Positions 39,101 through 50,793 of a stretch of 64,000 nt of DNA are shown here, piece by piece. Position 1 is the first letter of the stretch. The number at the start of each line of letters is the position of its first letter. Made by a program: the position numbers and the translations under genes. The DNA comes from Sarea resinae (Eukaryota), in the NCBI GenBank assembly GCA_026026165.1, contig JAPEUD010000021.1:62001-126000 (forward strand), read 5' to 3'. The notes below the pieces were generated by a model that did no database searches, was not told the origin of the DNA, and saw only the letters and a list, made by a program, of their open reading frames with translations.

Positions 39101-39919
39101 CCCCATGCTTTCCCCTCCCGCATGACCATCGGCATGTTCGTCGAGTCTCTGGCTGGTAAGGCAGGTGCCCTCCATGGTCTCGCTCAGGACTCGACTCCCT
39201 TCCGTTTCGACGAGGCCAATACAGCCGGCGACTATTTCGGCCACCAGCTCATGAAAGCCGGCTTTAATTTCCATGGCAACGAACCCATGTACTCTGGTAT
39301 TACGGGCCAGGAATTACACGCCGACATCTACGTCGGCGTCGTGTATTACCAGCGTCTGCGTCACATGGTCAACGACAAATTCCAGGTCCGTACCACCGGC
39401 CCAGTCACCCCACTCACGGGACAGCCGATCAAGGGACGTAAGAAGGGAGGCGGTATCCGCGTCGGCGAGATGGAGCGCGATTCGCTCTTGGCGCACGGCA
39501 CCGCGTTCCTGCTGCAGGACCGGCTCTTAAACTGCTCCGACTACACCAAGGCGTGGATCTGCAAGACGTGCGGCTGCTTCCTGGCCACGACGCCCAGCGT
39601 CTCTTCTTCTACCGCATCCAACGCATCTTCGACCTCTGCTCTCGGTGCTGGTGCCTCTTCTACTGCTACCGCTGCGCCTCGCACGGCCCGTCGTGCGCCC
39701 GGCGGTGCCGGCAACGCGCCTAGCACGGTCCGCTGTCGGCGCTGCGCCAAACGCGCGCTGGGCTGGGAGCCCAAGAGCGAGATCTGGCAGGATGGCCAGG
39801 GCGGCTTGTTTACGGGCGGCGAGGACACGACGGTGGTCGCGGTGCCGGGCGTGCTGCGGTATCTGGACGTCGAGCTGGCTGCCATGGGTGTCCGGCTGAA
39901 GTTTGGTGTCGAGCCTTAG
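36153..39919 (+). CDS. RPA2: RNA polymerase I second-largest subunit (Rpa135)
   Basis: PHIDSFN, GGYFIVNGNEK, RKLLPESWGFLCPVHTPDG, NQSPRNMYQCQM, YTGYDMDDAM, GDKFSSRHGQKG, NPHAFPSRMTIG and GGIRVGEMERD. Intron 36639-36688. Confidence 0.98.
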
Positions 39920-40643
39920 AAATGGTTCGTCTGCTTGGTTGACGCAGGGCAAAAGGAGAGAGGGGAGTAAAAAGAGGGGGAGATGGGCATCAAGAGTAAA
40001 ATCAAAGGGATGATGAGGGCAATTTTCGGATTGTATCCACGGGCGATATGGCATTGCATTTTCATGGCCGGCGCTTTTCGCTTCTGTTTCTTGTTCTTCT
40101 TTCATGTTCCTATTTTTCGTTGAACCATACTCATATATACTATATTTGAGTTCGATCAAGCTTCGTGCATGCAGTGGATGAGGAGGAAGTAGGAAGTTGA
40201 AAAATCAAAGCATCCTTGAATCTTTCTTCGTCATTGCCATCTTTCTGCCAGTGAGAATGTGGTCTCTTATAGAGGGCAAGGGAAGAGGGCAAGGGGGCGT
40301 GATGCCATGCCATGTCCATATAGTTGTGATTCCGATATGGTAATTATATGATAAACTACAGTATAATACAGCTGTCTGCTCCTCATTTGCCGTCGTCGTA
40401 TTTTCGGACGGGACGTGGATCCTTGGTTTGATTTACTGTGAGCCGGCCTTTTGGTCCTTTTGAGACCAGCTTTTTGGGCTAGATGGTTTCGTGCTCGGCG
40501 GGCTCTTCTCCTGGTGCTTTGTTGGACGGTGCACGGCGTATGGCCTATAGATCCAGCAGGGGCCTTTTTAAGCTGTACTGCTCTCTTGTCTCCTCTCCTC
40601 TCTGGAACCTCCCTCTCCTCTCTCCCGCTCCCCCGGCTCCCGG

Positions 40644-42525
40644 CTACTCAGCCGAGAAATCATACTCCTTGAACGCGGCCTTGAACGCCTCGGCGTCGGC
40701 GACCTCGTCCGTGTGCGACTGCGCGCAGTCCTGCCATCGGACTCGCTGCTCGAGGGCCAGGAGCTTGGCGAGGACGCGGCGCGGGTATTGCAGGTCGAAG
40801 CGGAAGGAGGAGGGGTCGAGGGGGAGGTAGAGGGTGGTTTTGTGGGGTTGGGGTTGGGCGGGTGGTGGTGGAGGTTGAGAGGTGGTGGGAGTGGGGTCTG
40901 CGGATGGGGATGGTGATGGAAGTTCTGGCTGTTGTGGTGGGGGAGGAGGAGGGGGGGCGTAGATCCATATTCGGAGGAAGTCGGACTGGTCGGGTTCTTC
41001 ATCGTCCTCTGCGTCCTTATCGTCTACTTCTTCTGCACCTTTGGTGTTATTCGCGGAGGGGGTCTTCTTCTCCAAGGGCGGATATTTGTCGTTCTCGGCC
41101 TCGACACGAAAGGCGGCTTCGACGAGCCCCTTGCGCACCATGCTCGCGGCCACCGGGAGGACCTGCCAATGAGTGTGCACGCCGTTGGAGCGACTGACCT
41201 CCCACGTGAGGGCGCCCAGGGCGCCGTTGGAGGTCGTGGCGAGCATGTCCTGCAGCGCGCGCCGGTAGTGGTGCATTTCGCGCTTGGTGGACGTGCGGGC
41301 GGCCGGGTCGGCAATGGACGCCAGCGTTGGCGAGTGCGAGAGCGGGATGATGAGGATGTGGGCGGGGAAGGTCAGGGCCGGTGCGTAGGAGGTGTATGTC
41401 GATGGCGTCGGGAGGGGGCCCTTGGCCGTCGTCAGGTACGCGTCGTTGCCGATCGAGGTGATGAGATGTGTTGCCAGGTTCGGATTCGAGAGGCAGAAGA
41501 AGCAGTCCTGGGGCCCGGGAGGTGGTTGGTTACGTGCGCGTTTGCGGGGCCGGTGGTCTTGCGATGGGTGGGAGAAACGCGAGAATGGTTGCGCGCTGTT
41601 GTTGTCGTTGGGCCGTTTCTTGGTGGTGGCGAGGATAGGGGAGGCCGTGGTTCCTGCGGGGATGGCGATGGATGGGGCGGCGGTGGGGTCGAGCGAGAAG
41701 GCGTAGAGCCATTTTGCTTTGGCGGCATTGTTGTATTCTGCGAGGGAGATGAATCGCGTGATCGGTTTGGCGTCGGTGGATTCGTCAGTCGGGAGGTGGA
41801 AGAAGGGTTCGCGTTCGTAGAAGAGGGCGGGGGAGACGGAGAAGTGGTAGCGGGGTTTGAGGGCCGCGCAGAGGTCCGAGATGGCTTGGTTCGAGGCTGG
41901 CTCGGGGGTGTCTGGTGGGAAGGCCGCTTTCGAGCCAGTGCGGATGTGGGCGGGCCAGGAGTTCGTGAGGAGGATGTCGGCTGTGTTGGCGCCGCGGAGC
42001 GCCTTCGCGTCATCGGTGGTGTAGGAGGGTGTGTATTTATCCTTCGACACGCCGGAAGCAGTGTTGTCCAACGTACCGCCCAAGGAAACGATCCGGACAC
42101 CTTCGGACGTCTTGATGGTGGTGCGCTTGCCCAGGAAATAGAGGTTGTCGCATAGTTCGCCGGCAGAGGACTCGAGCTTCTTGATGACGGCTTCCGGCAG
42201 AGCGTGCGAGCCGAGGCTGAAGTAGGTTGGTAGAGGGATCGTGATTCGGCCGTTGAGTAGGGCGTCGACGTTTTCGTCATCTTCGCTGGTGGACGTTTGG
42301 GGGTCTGCGAAGAGGTTGCCTGCGATGATGGCGAGGGCGAAGGCGTTTTTGGAATGGAGGGTTGCGACTTTTTTGAAGACGGCGGCGAATTGGCCATTGA
42401 TTGCGCCGGTGATGATTCTGAAGACGAATTAGCAATGCATTGGGACTAGCAGTGAGCCAAACAATCAACGTCAAAGCCAATGCCAGAGACGGTTCTGCAC
42501 CTCTCACTTACATCTTGGCGGCCAT
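40644..42525 (-). CDS. DRN1: CWF19-like protein 1 / Drn1 (inactive metallophosphoesterase domain plus CwfJ domains)
   Basis: MAAKI|IITGAINGQ...AIIAGNLF...PTYF..G...NLYFLGKR, DILLTNSWP, LKPRYHF, FYEREPF, CFFCLSNP, YLTTAKGPL, HILIIP, HTHWQ, DLQYPRRVLA and FKEYDFS. Confidence 0.9.
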
Positions 42526-42879
42526 CTTGGTGATGATGGCCCTGCTGTTTGAACGAATTGAATGTTCTCGACAATTTGTCTCTGTCTTGGTGTTTTGGTG
42601 TTGGCGTCGACGGGCGGTATGATCACCGTAGTGTCTAGTCGAGGACTAGCCTCCGGTGACAAGTTTCGCCGACCCGCCGATACAGCGATGGGGTTTGATA
42701 TTTTTTGATTTCACATTCGGACAAATGTTGTATCGTAACCGTAGGTTCGATTCGATTTAATTCTTGCACGTCTCTGTACGACTCTCTCAGCCTTTGGACC
42801 TCGACATGCCACGCCTCCCCCTCCCCCTCACCGTCTTCCTCTTCCCTCACGTCTAGCCTTCCTCTCCGACGTAGCCACC

Positions 42880-45800
42880 ATGGCGTCCGGCAAGAAGATG
42901 AAGTCTTCCAAGGTCGTCAAGCGTTCGACGCCCTCCTCGCGGCGACATCACTTTGAGTCCTTCTCGGAGCGCATATCAAACATCACCATCGACCCTGTCC
43001 GTCGCGTTCGCCGCCATGATCTGGACGACGAGGAGACGACGGCTTCCTATTTCAAGACCTCGTTGGAGGAATGGAAGGATCTCAATCTCTCCGAGAATTT
43101 CACCAATTTCGCACGACAAGCGACGCCGCTGTGCGAGAGTCTGCCTCAGATCGTGCATTTCCAAGACAGGCTGATGGACCTTCTGGTCGAGCACTTGGAG
43201 AAGAGAGACGCCTTTTCTCTCGAGCCCTTGCTCAGCCTGCTCTCCCACTTTGCCCACGATCTCGGCGCAAGTTTCGAGAAGCACTTTGCGCGCGCCGTCA
43301 CAATAGTCTCTGCGATTGCTGCCCGACATTCCGATGTCGAAGTCATCGAGTGGTCCTTTACTTGCCTGGCATGGCTCTTCAAATTCTTGTCTCGTCTTCT
43401 CGTCCCAGACTTGCGACCGCTGTACACACTGATGGCACCATTGCTGGGAAAAGAGTCGCAGAAGCCCTTTATCATCCGGTTTGCTGCTGAAGCCATGAGC
43501 TTTCTGGTTCGAAAGGCTGCCGTCTCATATCACAGGGATGTGGCGCCTCTGGATTCTCTGATCAGCCACGCCTACGTCGATTTGAGAGATAGAGCCCAAA
43601 CTCATCAGGTTGGGCCATATCAGATGGGCTTGATGTTCATGTTCTCCGAGGCTATCAAGGGGGTCAATAGAGGAATCCAATCCAGCGGAACCACAACCTT
43701 TCGGGTGCTTCTAAAGGAGCTGTCCCAATCAAATGGCAGTCCATGGGCCGAGGAGGTTGTTTGTGGTGTATTGGTCAACTTGATACATCATACCGAGATG
43801 GACTCTTTCACTCCAATTATGGATGTCGTGGTCGAGCATGCTGAGAGCATGACCTCTTCTTCCAAGGACGAGAGCCTTCGAATTGCTACCCGTCTCATCT
43901 ACACGACAACTGGCGTGCGAAAAGGGACAAGAGTTGGAAAGTGGAATGAGATCATGGACTGCACTGTTCATCTCCTAGAGCGCACGTCCGAAGCCGGTGA
44001 CATCCAAGATGCTACAATAATACGGATGATATCGACTATAGCTCTCACGATGCAGTACTCACCTATCGACGTCTTAATACCCCTACACCGCAAAATAATG
44101 GATATTCTTATCGGCGAGCGATATAGGAGCCGTTTTCTCACATTCTGTGACATCTATGCTGATCTCGGCGCCGAAAGATTTCAAGAAATAGTACTTCCGT
44201 ATTTCCAGAAGTTTGTCCCCCCCCCCGCCGATTGCTTCTCTTCGCTAATAGCATGTTCCAGATATGTCGTTGCTCACTGGGAGTCGAATGAAAAGGAGCT
44301 CTGTATACTGATATACAAACTCTCGAAACATGATCAGCTTTCCAGGATTGGCACAACGGACGGTCTTCTGAGCTGTCCAACCTCCTGGCAAAGACACATA
44401 GCCAAAGCGTTCGAGGAACTAGAGCAATCGATACTAAATGGCACCTTCGTCCACAGAGACTATCCCATGTATCAAATGTACCTCAACTTATACGAAGCGG
44501 TGTCTCTTAATCCACCCACAAGAGATCGCATTGTAGAGTTGGTGAGAAGCTTTGTCCTATACGTCTTGAAAGAAGAGCCCTTGATACCCTCTCACGGTAT
44601 TGGCTTCTTTATTATGGGAAAGTGTATCGACTTCTTAGGTAGTCACGATCCGATTCTCGACCCAACGGCATTCCCGCACCTCTGTGCTAGATCGACTCAC
44701 TTCGGACGGCTGCCGCTTTTTCTCCAAGGACTGCTCAAATATGTCAAGAAGTGCGGATCCCAAATCGAACCGTTAAAGTCTGAAGTCGATCCTCTTTTCG
44801 AGACTCTGATTTCCAACATGACAACAGAGTCGCATCTTCTCCGATCGCTTTCCTTGCAGATACTCGGCAAGCTCTATACCAATGCTCATGGCGTCGATTG
44901 TGGTGCTCTCTCCACAGCTTTACAGATAGAAGACACGCCTGTCAACCTTCAGACGATACGAGCAGTCTCAATGCACGTCCGCAGGCTTGCTTCGGACTAC
45001 AGCTCTGTTAATTCATGGATCAAGAAGGCGATTGTAAGCTTCTTATTTGGGCTATTGACGGTCAAATTTGCACAGCTGTGGGACGACACCTGCGAGGCAC
45101 TACGAGATATTTGTGACGCAAAGGGTGGTGAGGATGTGGTCGCTGAAATAGCATTTCGATGGTTAGGCCCGTATGCCCCGATGGAAGATACCGAAGAATC
45201 GGAGAACGACGATGCACAAAAGAATGTCAACCTGACGCCATTTCAATGCTCGAACTTGATCGGTTTGGAAGACCATAGTCTGCGCACCATGTCGGCCACG
45301 CAAGATGCTGGTCTCTTTATGGAGAGAGTGTTCAACAAGGACCTTCATTTGGTTCCACAAACACCATCTGCAGCTCGAACGCAGGCTTTAAGGGTGCTCA
45401 GCAAAATTCCTCACATCGCGGAGAAGCGGTCGCGGGGACTCGTACCGATGTTCCTCCGCTGGGCGTCCCTTGAGGATGATGCAACTGTGAAGGTTGCTGA
45501 GCCGGATGATCTTCTCATACCATACCTGAAATGGTCGCGCAAGGACCAAAAGGCAATGCTGGAGGTCTTTGCTCAGTTTCAGAATCCCAAGGTGCTTTAC
45601 AAGTCGTCAGAAGTCTATGCGGCCTTACTCACGCTCCTCTCCTCTGGAGATATTGACATCCAGAAGTCTGCTTTGAAAGCTATCTTCGCATGGAAGTCTC
45701 CTGGAATCCGCCCATATGAGGAAAATCTCGTCAACCTGCTGGATGATGCTAGATTCAGAGAAGAACTCTCTGTGTTTCTACAGGTCGATGAGGACGAGTC

Positions 45801-48800
45801 TACCATTCAGCGGGAACACAAGGATGATCTAAGGCCAGTGCTAGCGGGACTTCTCTATGGAAAGGTGATTTCTCGAAAAGGATCGGCGAGCGGAAACAAG
45901 GGGCAAGAAGCAAAGAGGAAAGCTGTACTGGAATCAGTTGCTCGACTTGGCAAATTAGAGCTGAGAATGTTCCTTCAAATTGCCTTGGGTCCACTCACCT
46001 GCATACCGGAAGATGCCAACCCAGAAGATCTCAAGGATGTTTTAGACAAAGACTTTTTGCCTCCTCGAAAGCAACTTGGTCTCGTGAACATGCTCGATGA
46101 TATGCTCGACACGCTCGGGGCTCAGCTCGATTTCTGCGCGGCCAGCATCCGTCACGCCCTACTTTATTGTCTCATACGAGCATCGCGCATACTAGGTAAA
46201 GCGTCCAAAGAGGAGAGCGATTCTGCTACGATACAGCTATCGTTGCTCAAGAGTGTACGCCAGATTGGCTTTCGTGCGCTGAACTCGCTCTTCGGCGCTT
46301 GTCCTGGTATTGCGTCGCGAGAATACATGCCACTAATCTTTGAAGAACTCATAAATCCAAGGCTTGACCTCTTACCAATCCAGACAGCACAATCTGTTTC
46401 CGGCGTATTGCAGCTGTTCTCCACCTTTTCGTCTTCACCGGCCACAGTGTTCTACCTTGCAGAATACAATGGAAATTTGCTCAAGAAGGTGGCAGAATGC
46501 CTCACTATTCCTTCCGCAAAGGATGAGGTCAAGCTATTTATCTTGCGAAACATTTTGAAGAAAATCATTGGATTAGCCGAGACTAAAGTCAAAGGTGCAC
46601 AGAACGACCGAGCCAAAGATATGATTGCCATGGATATACTGCAACCAAATGTTGACTATTTCTTGATTGCTTTGGGAGATATCCTTCGAAAGAGTCCAAC
46701 GAAAGAAGTCTTGGAGACTGGCGTTGACACAGTTTCAAAACTGGCACCTTTTGTGGTGGGCTCCTCGGAATCACGAAACTTACTAGACATATCCGTCTTT
46801 CTCTTAGATCAACCATCAAAGAGAGTCACGCCGAAGACGAAAAGCGATTTGCTTCGCATTCTCGAGCATTTCGTGCCCCTTTATGATCTAACGTCTGATA
46901 CGGAGCTTCACGAACACATATTCCGCACCCTCTCTTCTCTGTTCGGGTTCTTCAGAGACCGGACCAGTCGAGATCTGCTGGCGAAGGTGTTTGCGGTCTT
47001 CTCACGCGGAGATTCGACCATAGAGCAAGCCGCAAAGCTCTGCACGGAACTGAACTCTTTTTCTGCTACCAGACTTGATGAGCCTGATTTTGACCGACGA
47101 TTGAAAGCTTTCAGTGCTATCAACGAGCAAGGATACAAATCACTAAATGTCAACGAGTGGCGCCCAATCTTATTTAACATGCTTTTTTACATCAAAGATG
47201 AGGACGAGCTAGCTATCCGAACCAATGCGTCTTTTGCTATTAGACGACTCATTGACAGCACTTGCCTGAGCTCTGACCAATCCCGATCCGCGTTTCTGGA
47301 CGTTGTCACATCCATTCTCGTGCCGGCTCTGTTCAACGGAGCGCGGGAGTCGTCAGAGCTTGTGAGGACCGAATATGTTGCTGTCATGGCGCACTTGATC
47401 AAGTCCATGCCAGATTTGTCCCAGGTCAATGACATGGAAGTGCTTCTAGTTGGTGGTGATGAGGAAGCTTCCTTCTTCAGCAACATCCTTCACATTCAGC
47501 AACATCGCCGCCTGCGTGCGTTGCGTCGACTCGCTGCGGAGGCCCAGCAGGGGCATTTGCAGAGCGGAAACATCAGCCACTTCTTCATTCCGTTGATTGA
47601 GCACTATATCTTCGACAAAGCAGATGACGAGAGTGCCCATAATCTTGCAGCTGAAGCGGTCTTGACCATTGGCGCACTTGCAGAAGGATTGGAATGGCCC
47701 CAATATCGGGCAATGTTCAGGAGATTCAGCAGCTACATGCAAAGCAAACCCGACATGGAGAAAACCATCATCAAACTTCTCGGTGTAGTTATCGATGCGC
47801 TCGGTAGAGCCTGCGACGCTCGAGAGTACCGTCCTAAACTCGAAAGCATGAGTAACGGTACTCTGGATGACCATGCAGATGCAAATACTCACATGGTGGA
47901 GCAAGCGCCTCGAAGTAAATTGTCATTGACGATGCCCCGACAAGAAAAGCTTACAGAAGATCTCACGACGAATCTTCTGCCGCCTCTTACGGCCTATCTG
48001 CATCACAAGGATGAATCAACCGTCAGTCTGCGTGTGCCAGTAGCGGTTTCTACGGTGAAACTACTAAAGATACTTCCACCCGACGAGCTCTCTGCCCGGC
48101 TCCCACCAGTGTTGACTGACATCTCTCATATTCTCCGTAGCAAATCACAAGATGCGAGGGATATGACTCGCAAAACTCTTGCCGAGATCTGTGCATTGAT
48201 TGGTCCCGCCTACTTTGGATTTGTTCTCAAAGAGCTTCGAAGTGCACTTCCTCGAGGCTATCAGCTTCATGTATTGTCTTTTACCGTTCATTCGATTCTC
48301 GTCTCGACAGCTTCAATCTTTCAACCCGGTGATCTGGACTACTGTCTCCCTCAGGCTGTGGCGATCATTATGGATGACATTTTTGGTGCGACTGGCCAAG
48401 AGAAGGATGCCGAAGATTACATCAGCAAGATGAAGGAAGTCAAGAGCAGCAAGAGCTACGATTCCATGGAGCTTCTTGCAACTACCACAGCCGTCACGCA
48501 TTTGTCGGATTTGATCAGACCGCTACAAGCGTTACTCCGTGAGAAGCTCAATCTGCAATTGGTAAAGAAGGTAGACGAACTTCTACGTCGGATCGGAGTC
48601 GGCATTCTTCGAAATAATGCGGTCAGGAGCCGTGATATACTCATGTTTTGCTGGGAAATCATCAGCGACGTCTACAAGACCGAAAAAGTCGCCGCACCTC
48701 GTGACAGCAAGAGGGATTACCAAATGAGACGGTACCTAATCAATCTCAAAGGCGCTAGCAAAATGGAAAATAGGGGAAGTACGACTTCTTATGCGTACAA

Positions 48801-50793
48801 GCTGGCCAAGTTCTCGCTTGACGTTCTCCGCACTGTGCTGCACAAATACAATGAGCTACAAAGCCCCTCGAATCTTGCAGGATTTATTCCGCTGATCAGC
48901 GATGCTCTCGTTCAATCGCAACTTGAGGTCCAGATGTCTGCAATTCGCCTGTTGGCCACCATCATTAAAGTTCCGCTGCCCGAGATCGACCAGAATGCCC
49001 CTGTCTACGTGTCAGAAGCCGTTCGGATAATCAAAGCAAGCCACACGACGAATACCGAAATTGCTCAAGCGGCACTGAAACTCGTCTCAGCTATTCTACG
49101 AGAGCGTCGAGAGGTCGTGGTCAAAGAGACAGACCTTGCTTATCTGCTAAAGAGAGTAAAGCCTGACCTTGACGAGCCAGATCGTCAGGGTGTCACGTTT
49201 AATTTCTTGAAATCCGTCATGGGACGAAGAATTGTCATTGCTGAAGTATATGAAGTTATGGATAGGGTTGCGGAGATTATGGTGACCAATCAAACGCGCA
49301 GTGCGCGGGACCTTGCTCGCACTGTCTATTTCCAATTCATAATGGAATATCCACAAGGAAAAGACAGGTTCTCCAAGCAACTTGCCTTCTTAATCAAAAA
49401 TCTCGACTACAAGCACCAAGAAGGCCGGCAGTCTGTTCTCGAAGCTATCCATCTTCTCCTTTCCAAGATTGGGGACAACTTGATCCAGGAGGTTGTGGGC
49501 TCGTTCTTTGTTCCACTGGTCATGATGCTCGTCAATGATGAATCTGCCGAATGCCGAGAAATGGCTGGTGCTCTGTTGAAACAAATCTTCGAGCGAGCCG
49601 ACGAAGAACGAACTCAAACATTCCTTTCACTTCTCCGTACATGGTTGAATCAAGATGAGCAGCCTCTCCTAACGCGTCTTGCGTTGCAATGCTACGGACT
49701 GTACTACGATGTCCATCGCAAGGGATCAGAAAAGGAGCTGCCAGCCCTTCAAGAAAGACTGCTAGAAATACTTCAAGAGCATACGGAAGCATTAGATCAA
49801 GCTGACTGGGAACTCCTGTACTATGCACTACAAGCATTTTCTAGAGTCTGTCACCTATTTCCGGAGACGGCATTCAATACAAATTCAGCTTCCATGTGGG
49901 CTGCTATATGCGATTGCCTTTCGTTTCCCCACGCCTGGGTCAAGCTCTCGGCTTCCAGACTATTAGGATTGTATCTTGCCGACTTTGCCAGGGCAAACGC
50001 CGAAACTGGACTGGAGCACGTGCCACTTCTTGGTTCAGGCGGTCTGGAGCTCACTGGGGACGCTATGCTTCAGCTTACCAGACAGAGTGTGGGAGCCTTG
50101 AGAATACCCCGTGTGAGCGAGGAGCTTGCATCTCAGGTTGTGCGCAATCTAGTCTTCCTTGGAAAATCTCTCGGCGCGAATAACTTGCCTTGGAAGCCTG
50201 CGAGAGACCACGAAGATGGCGATATCGCTGTTCAAGAACAAGAAGACGAGGAGCAAGCTGCGATTAACGACGCCTCTAAGGTGACGGTGAAATCTGCTCA
50301 GCAATATCTATTTGAGCGCCTATCAGCTATTCTACGCCGTGAGACGCTCACAACTCGAGCACCATCTCTGATTCCGAAGACAGCAGCGCTCCAGCTTATC
50401 GCTGCCCTTTGCAGTCATCTATCCGTTGAAGCTCTAGCGCCGTCGATGCAGACGATTTTGCTGCCTTTGCACAATCTCACGGATCCTTCTATCGCAGCAC
50501 CATATTCTAGTGATCCCGACTTCGAGTCCACGTACAAGACTCTGGTGTCAACCAGTCAAGAAGTCATCGCGCTCTTACAGAAGAAGATGGGCACCACAGA
50601 ATTTGTGGCTCAGATGTCAAAGGTGAGACAGGGAGTTAGGGAGAGAAGGGAGGGGAGACGAGTCAAGCGAAGAATCGAAGCCGTGGCAGATCCCGAAAAG
50701 ATGGGACGGGAGAAGCAAAAGAAGGGTGAGAGGAAGAAGGAGAAGAGGAAGGAGAGGAGTGCGGAGGAGAGAGGTAGAAGACGGGGATGGTGA
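42880..50793 (+). CDS. UTP20: U3 snoRNP / SSU processome HEAT-repeat protein Utp20
   Basis: 2637-codon ORF with HHFESFSERI, SLPQIVH, EVIEWSFTCLAWLFK, LDEPDFDRRL, NILHIQQHRRLRAL, LPRGYQLHVL, KMKEVKS.KSY and FIMEYP, plus a basic tail. Probable in-frame intron at 44211-44261. Confidence 0.96.
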   Translation: MASGKKMKSSKVVKRSTPSSRRHHFESFSERISNITIDPVRRVRRHDLDDEETTASYFKTSLEEWKDLNLSENFTNFARQATPLCESLPQIVHFQDRLMDLLVEHLEKRDAFSLEPLLSLLSHFAHDLGASFEKHFARAVTIVSAIAARHSDVEVIEWSFTCLAWLFKFLSRLLVPDLRPLYTLMAPLLGKESQKPFIIRFAAEAMSFLVRKAAVSYHRDVAPLDSLISHAYVDLRDRAQTHQVGPYQMGLMFMFSEAIKGVNRGIQSSGTTTFRVLLKELSQSNGSPWAEEVVCGVLVNLIHHTEMDSFTPIMDVVVEHAESMTSSSKDESLRIATRLIYTTTGVRKGTRVGKWNEIMDCTVHLLERTSEAGDIQDATIIRMISTIALTMQYSPIDVLIPLHRKIMDILIGERYRSRFLTFCDIYADLGAERFQEIVLPYFQKFVPPPADCFSSLIACSRYVVAHWESNEKELCILIYKLSKHDQLSRIGTTDGLLSCPTSWQRHIAKAFEELEQSILNGTFVHRDYPMYQMYLNLYEAVSLNPPTRDRIVELVRSFVLYVLKEEPLIPSHGIGFFIMGKCIDFLGSHDPILDPTAFPHLCARSTHFGRLPLFLQGLLKYVKKCGSQIEPLKSEVDPLFETLISNMTTESHLLRSLSLQILGKLYTNAHGVDCGALSTALQIEDTPVNLQTIRAVSMHVRRLASDYSSVNSWIKKAIVSFLFGLLTVKFAQLWDDTCEALRDICDAKGGEDVVAEIAFRWLGPYAPMEDTEESENDDAQKNVNLTPFQCSNLIGLEDHSLRTMSATQDAGLFMERVFNKDLHLVPQTPSAARTQALRVLSKIPHIAEKRSRGLVPMFLRWASLEDDATVKVAEPDDLLIPYLKWSRKDQKAMLEVFAQFQNPKVLYKSSEVYAALLTLLSSGDIDIQKSALKAIFAWKSPGIRPYEENLVNLLDDARFREELSVFLQVDEDESTIQREHKDDLRPVLAGLLYGKVISRKGSASGNKGQEAKRKAVLESVARLGKLELRMFLQIALGPLTCIPEDANPEDLKDVLDKDFLPPRKQLGLVNMLDDMLDTLGAQLDFCAASIRHALLYCLIRASRILGKASKEESDSATIQLSLLKSVRQIGFRALNSLFGACPGIASREYMPLIFEELINPRLDLLPIQTAQSVSGVLQLFSTFSSSPATVFYLAEYNGNLLKKVAECLTIPSAKDEVKLFILRNILKKIIGLAETKVKGAQNDRAKDMIAMDILQPNVDYFLIALGDILRKSPTKEVLETGVDTVSKLAPFVVGSSESRNLLDISVFLLDQPSKRVTPKTKSDLLRILEHFVPLYDLTSDTELHEHIFRTLSSLFGFFRDRTSRDLLAKVFAVFSRGDSTIEQAAKLCTELNSFSATRLDEPDFDRRLKAFSAINEQGYKSLNVNEWRPILFNMLFYIKDEDELAIRTNASFAIRRLIDSTCLSSDQSRSAFLDVVTSILVPALFNGARESSELVRTEYVAVMAHLIKSMPDLSQVNDMEVLLVGGDEEASFFSNILHIQQHRRLRALRRLAAEAQQGHLQSGNISHFFIPLIEHYIFDKADDESAHNLAAEAVLTIGALAEGLEWPQYRAMFRRFSSYMQSKPDMEKTIIKLLGVVIDALGRACDAREYRPKLESMSNGTLDDHADANTHMVEQAPRSKLSLTMPRQEKLTEDLTTNLLPPLTAYLHHKDESTVSLRVPVAVSTVKLLKILPPDELSARLPPVLTDISHILRSKSQDARDMTRKTLAEICALIGPAYFGFVLKELRSALPRGYQLHVLSFTVHSILVSTASIFQPGDLDYCLPQAVAIIMDDIFGATGQEKDAEDYISKMKEVKSSKSYDSMELLATTTAVTHLSDLIRPLQALLREKLNLQLVKKVDELLRRIGVGILRNNAVRSRDILMFCWEIISDVYKTEKVAAPRDSKRDYQMRRYLINLKGASKMENRGSTTSYAYKLAKFSLDVLRTVLHKYNELQSPSNLAGFIPLISDALVQSQLEVQMSAIRLLATIIKVPLPEIDQNAPVYVSEAVRIIKASHTTNTEIAQAALKLVSAILRERREVVVKETDLAYLLKRVKPDLDEPDRQGVTFNFLKSVMGRRIVIAEVYEVMDRVAEIMVTNQTRSARDLARTVYFQFIMEYPQGKDRFSKQLAFLIKNLDYKHQEGRQSVLEAIHLLLSKIGDNLIQEVVGSFFVPLVMMLVNDESAECREMAGALLKQIFERADEERTQTFLSLLRTWLNQDEQPLLTRLALQCYGLYYDVHRKGSEKELPALQERLLEILQEHTEALDQADWELLYYALQAFSRVCHLFPETAFNTNSASMWAAICDCLSFPHAWVKLSASRLLGLYLADFARANAETGLEHVPLLGSGGLELTGDAMLQLTRQSVGALRIPRVSEELASQVVRNLVFLGKSLGANNLPWKPARDHEDGDIAVQEQEDEEQAAINDASKVTVKSAQQYLFERLSAILRRETLTTRAPSLIPKTAALQLIAALCSHLSVEALAPSMQTILLPLHNLTDPSIAAPYSSDPDFESTYKTLVSTSQEVIALLQKKMGTTEFVAQMSKVRQGVRERREGRRVKRRIEAVADPEKMGREKQKKGERKKEKRKERSAEERGRRRGW

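Noticed and set aside
40932..42155. 407-aa + strand ORF, and similar long ORFs at 25844-26536 (-), 60543-61196 (-), 28351-29004 (+) and 1456-2257 (-)
   Set aside because: These are antisense or off-frame shadows of GC-rich real genes, with no recognisable motifs.
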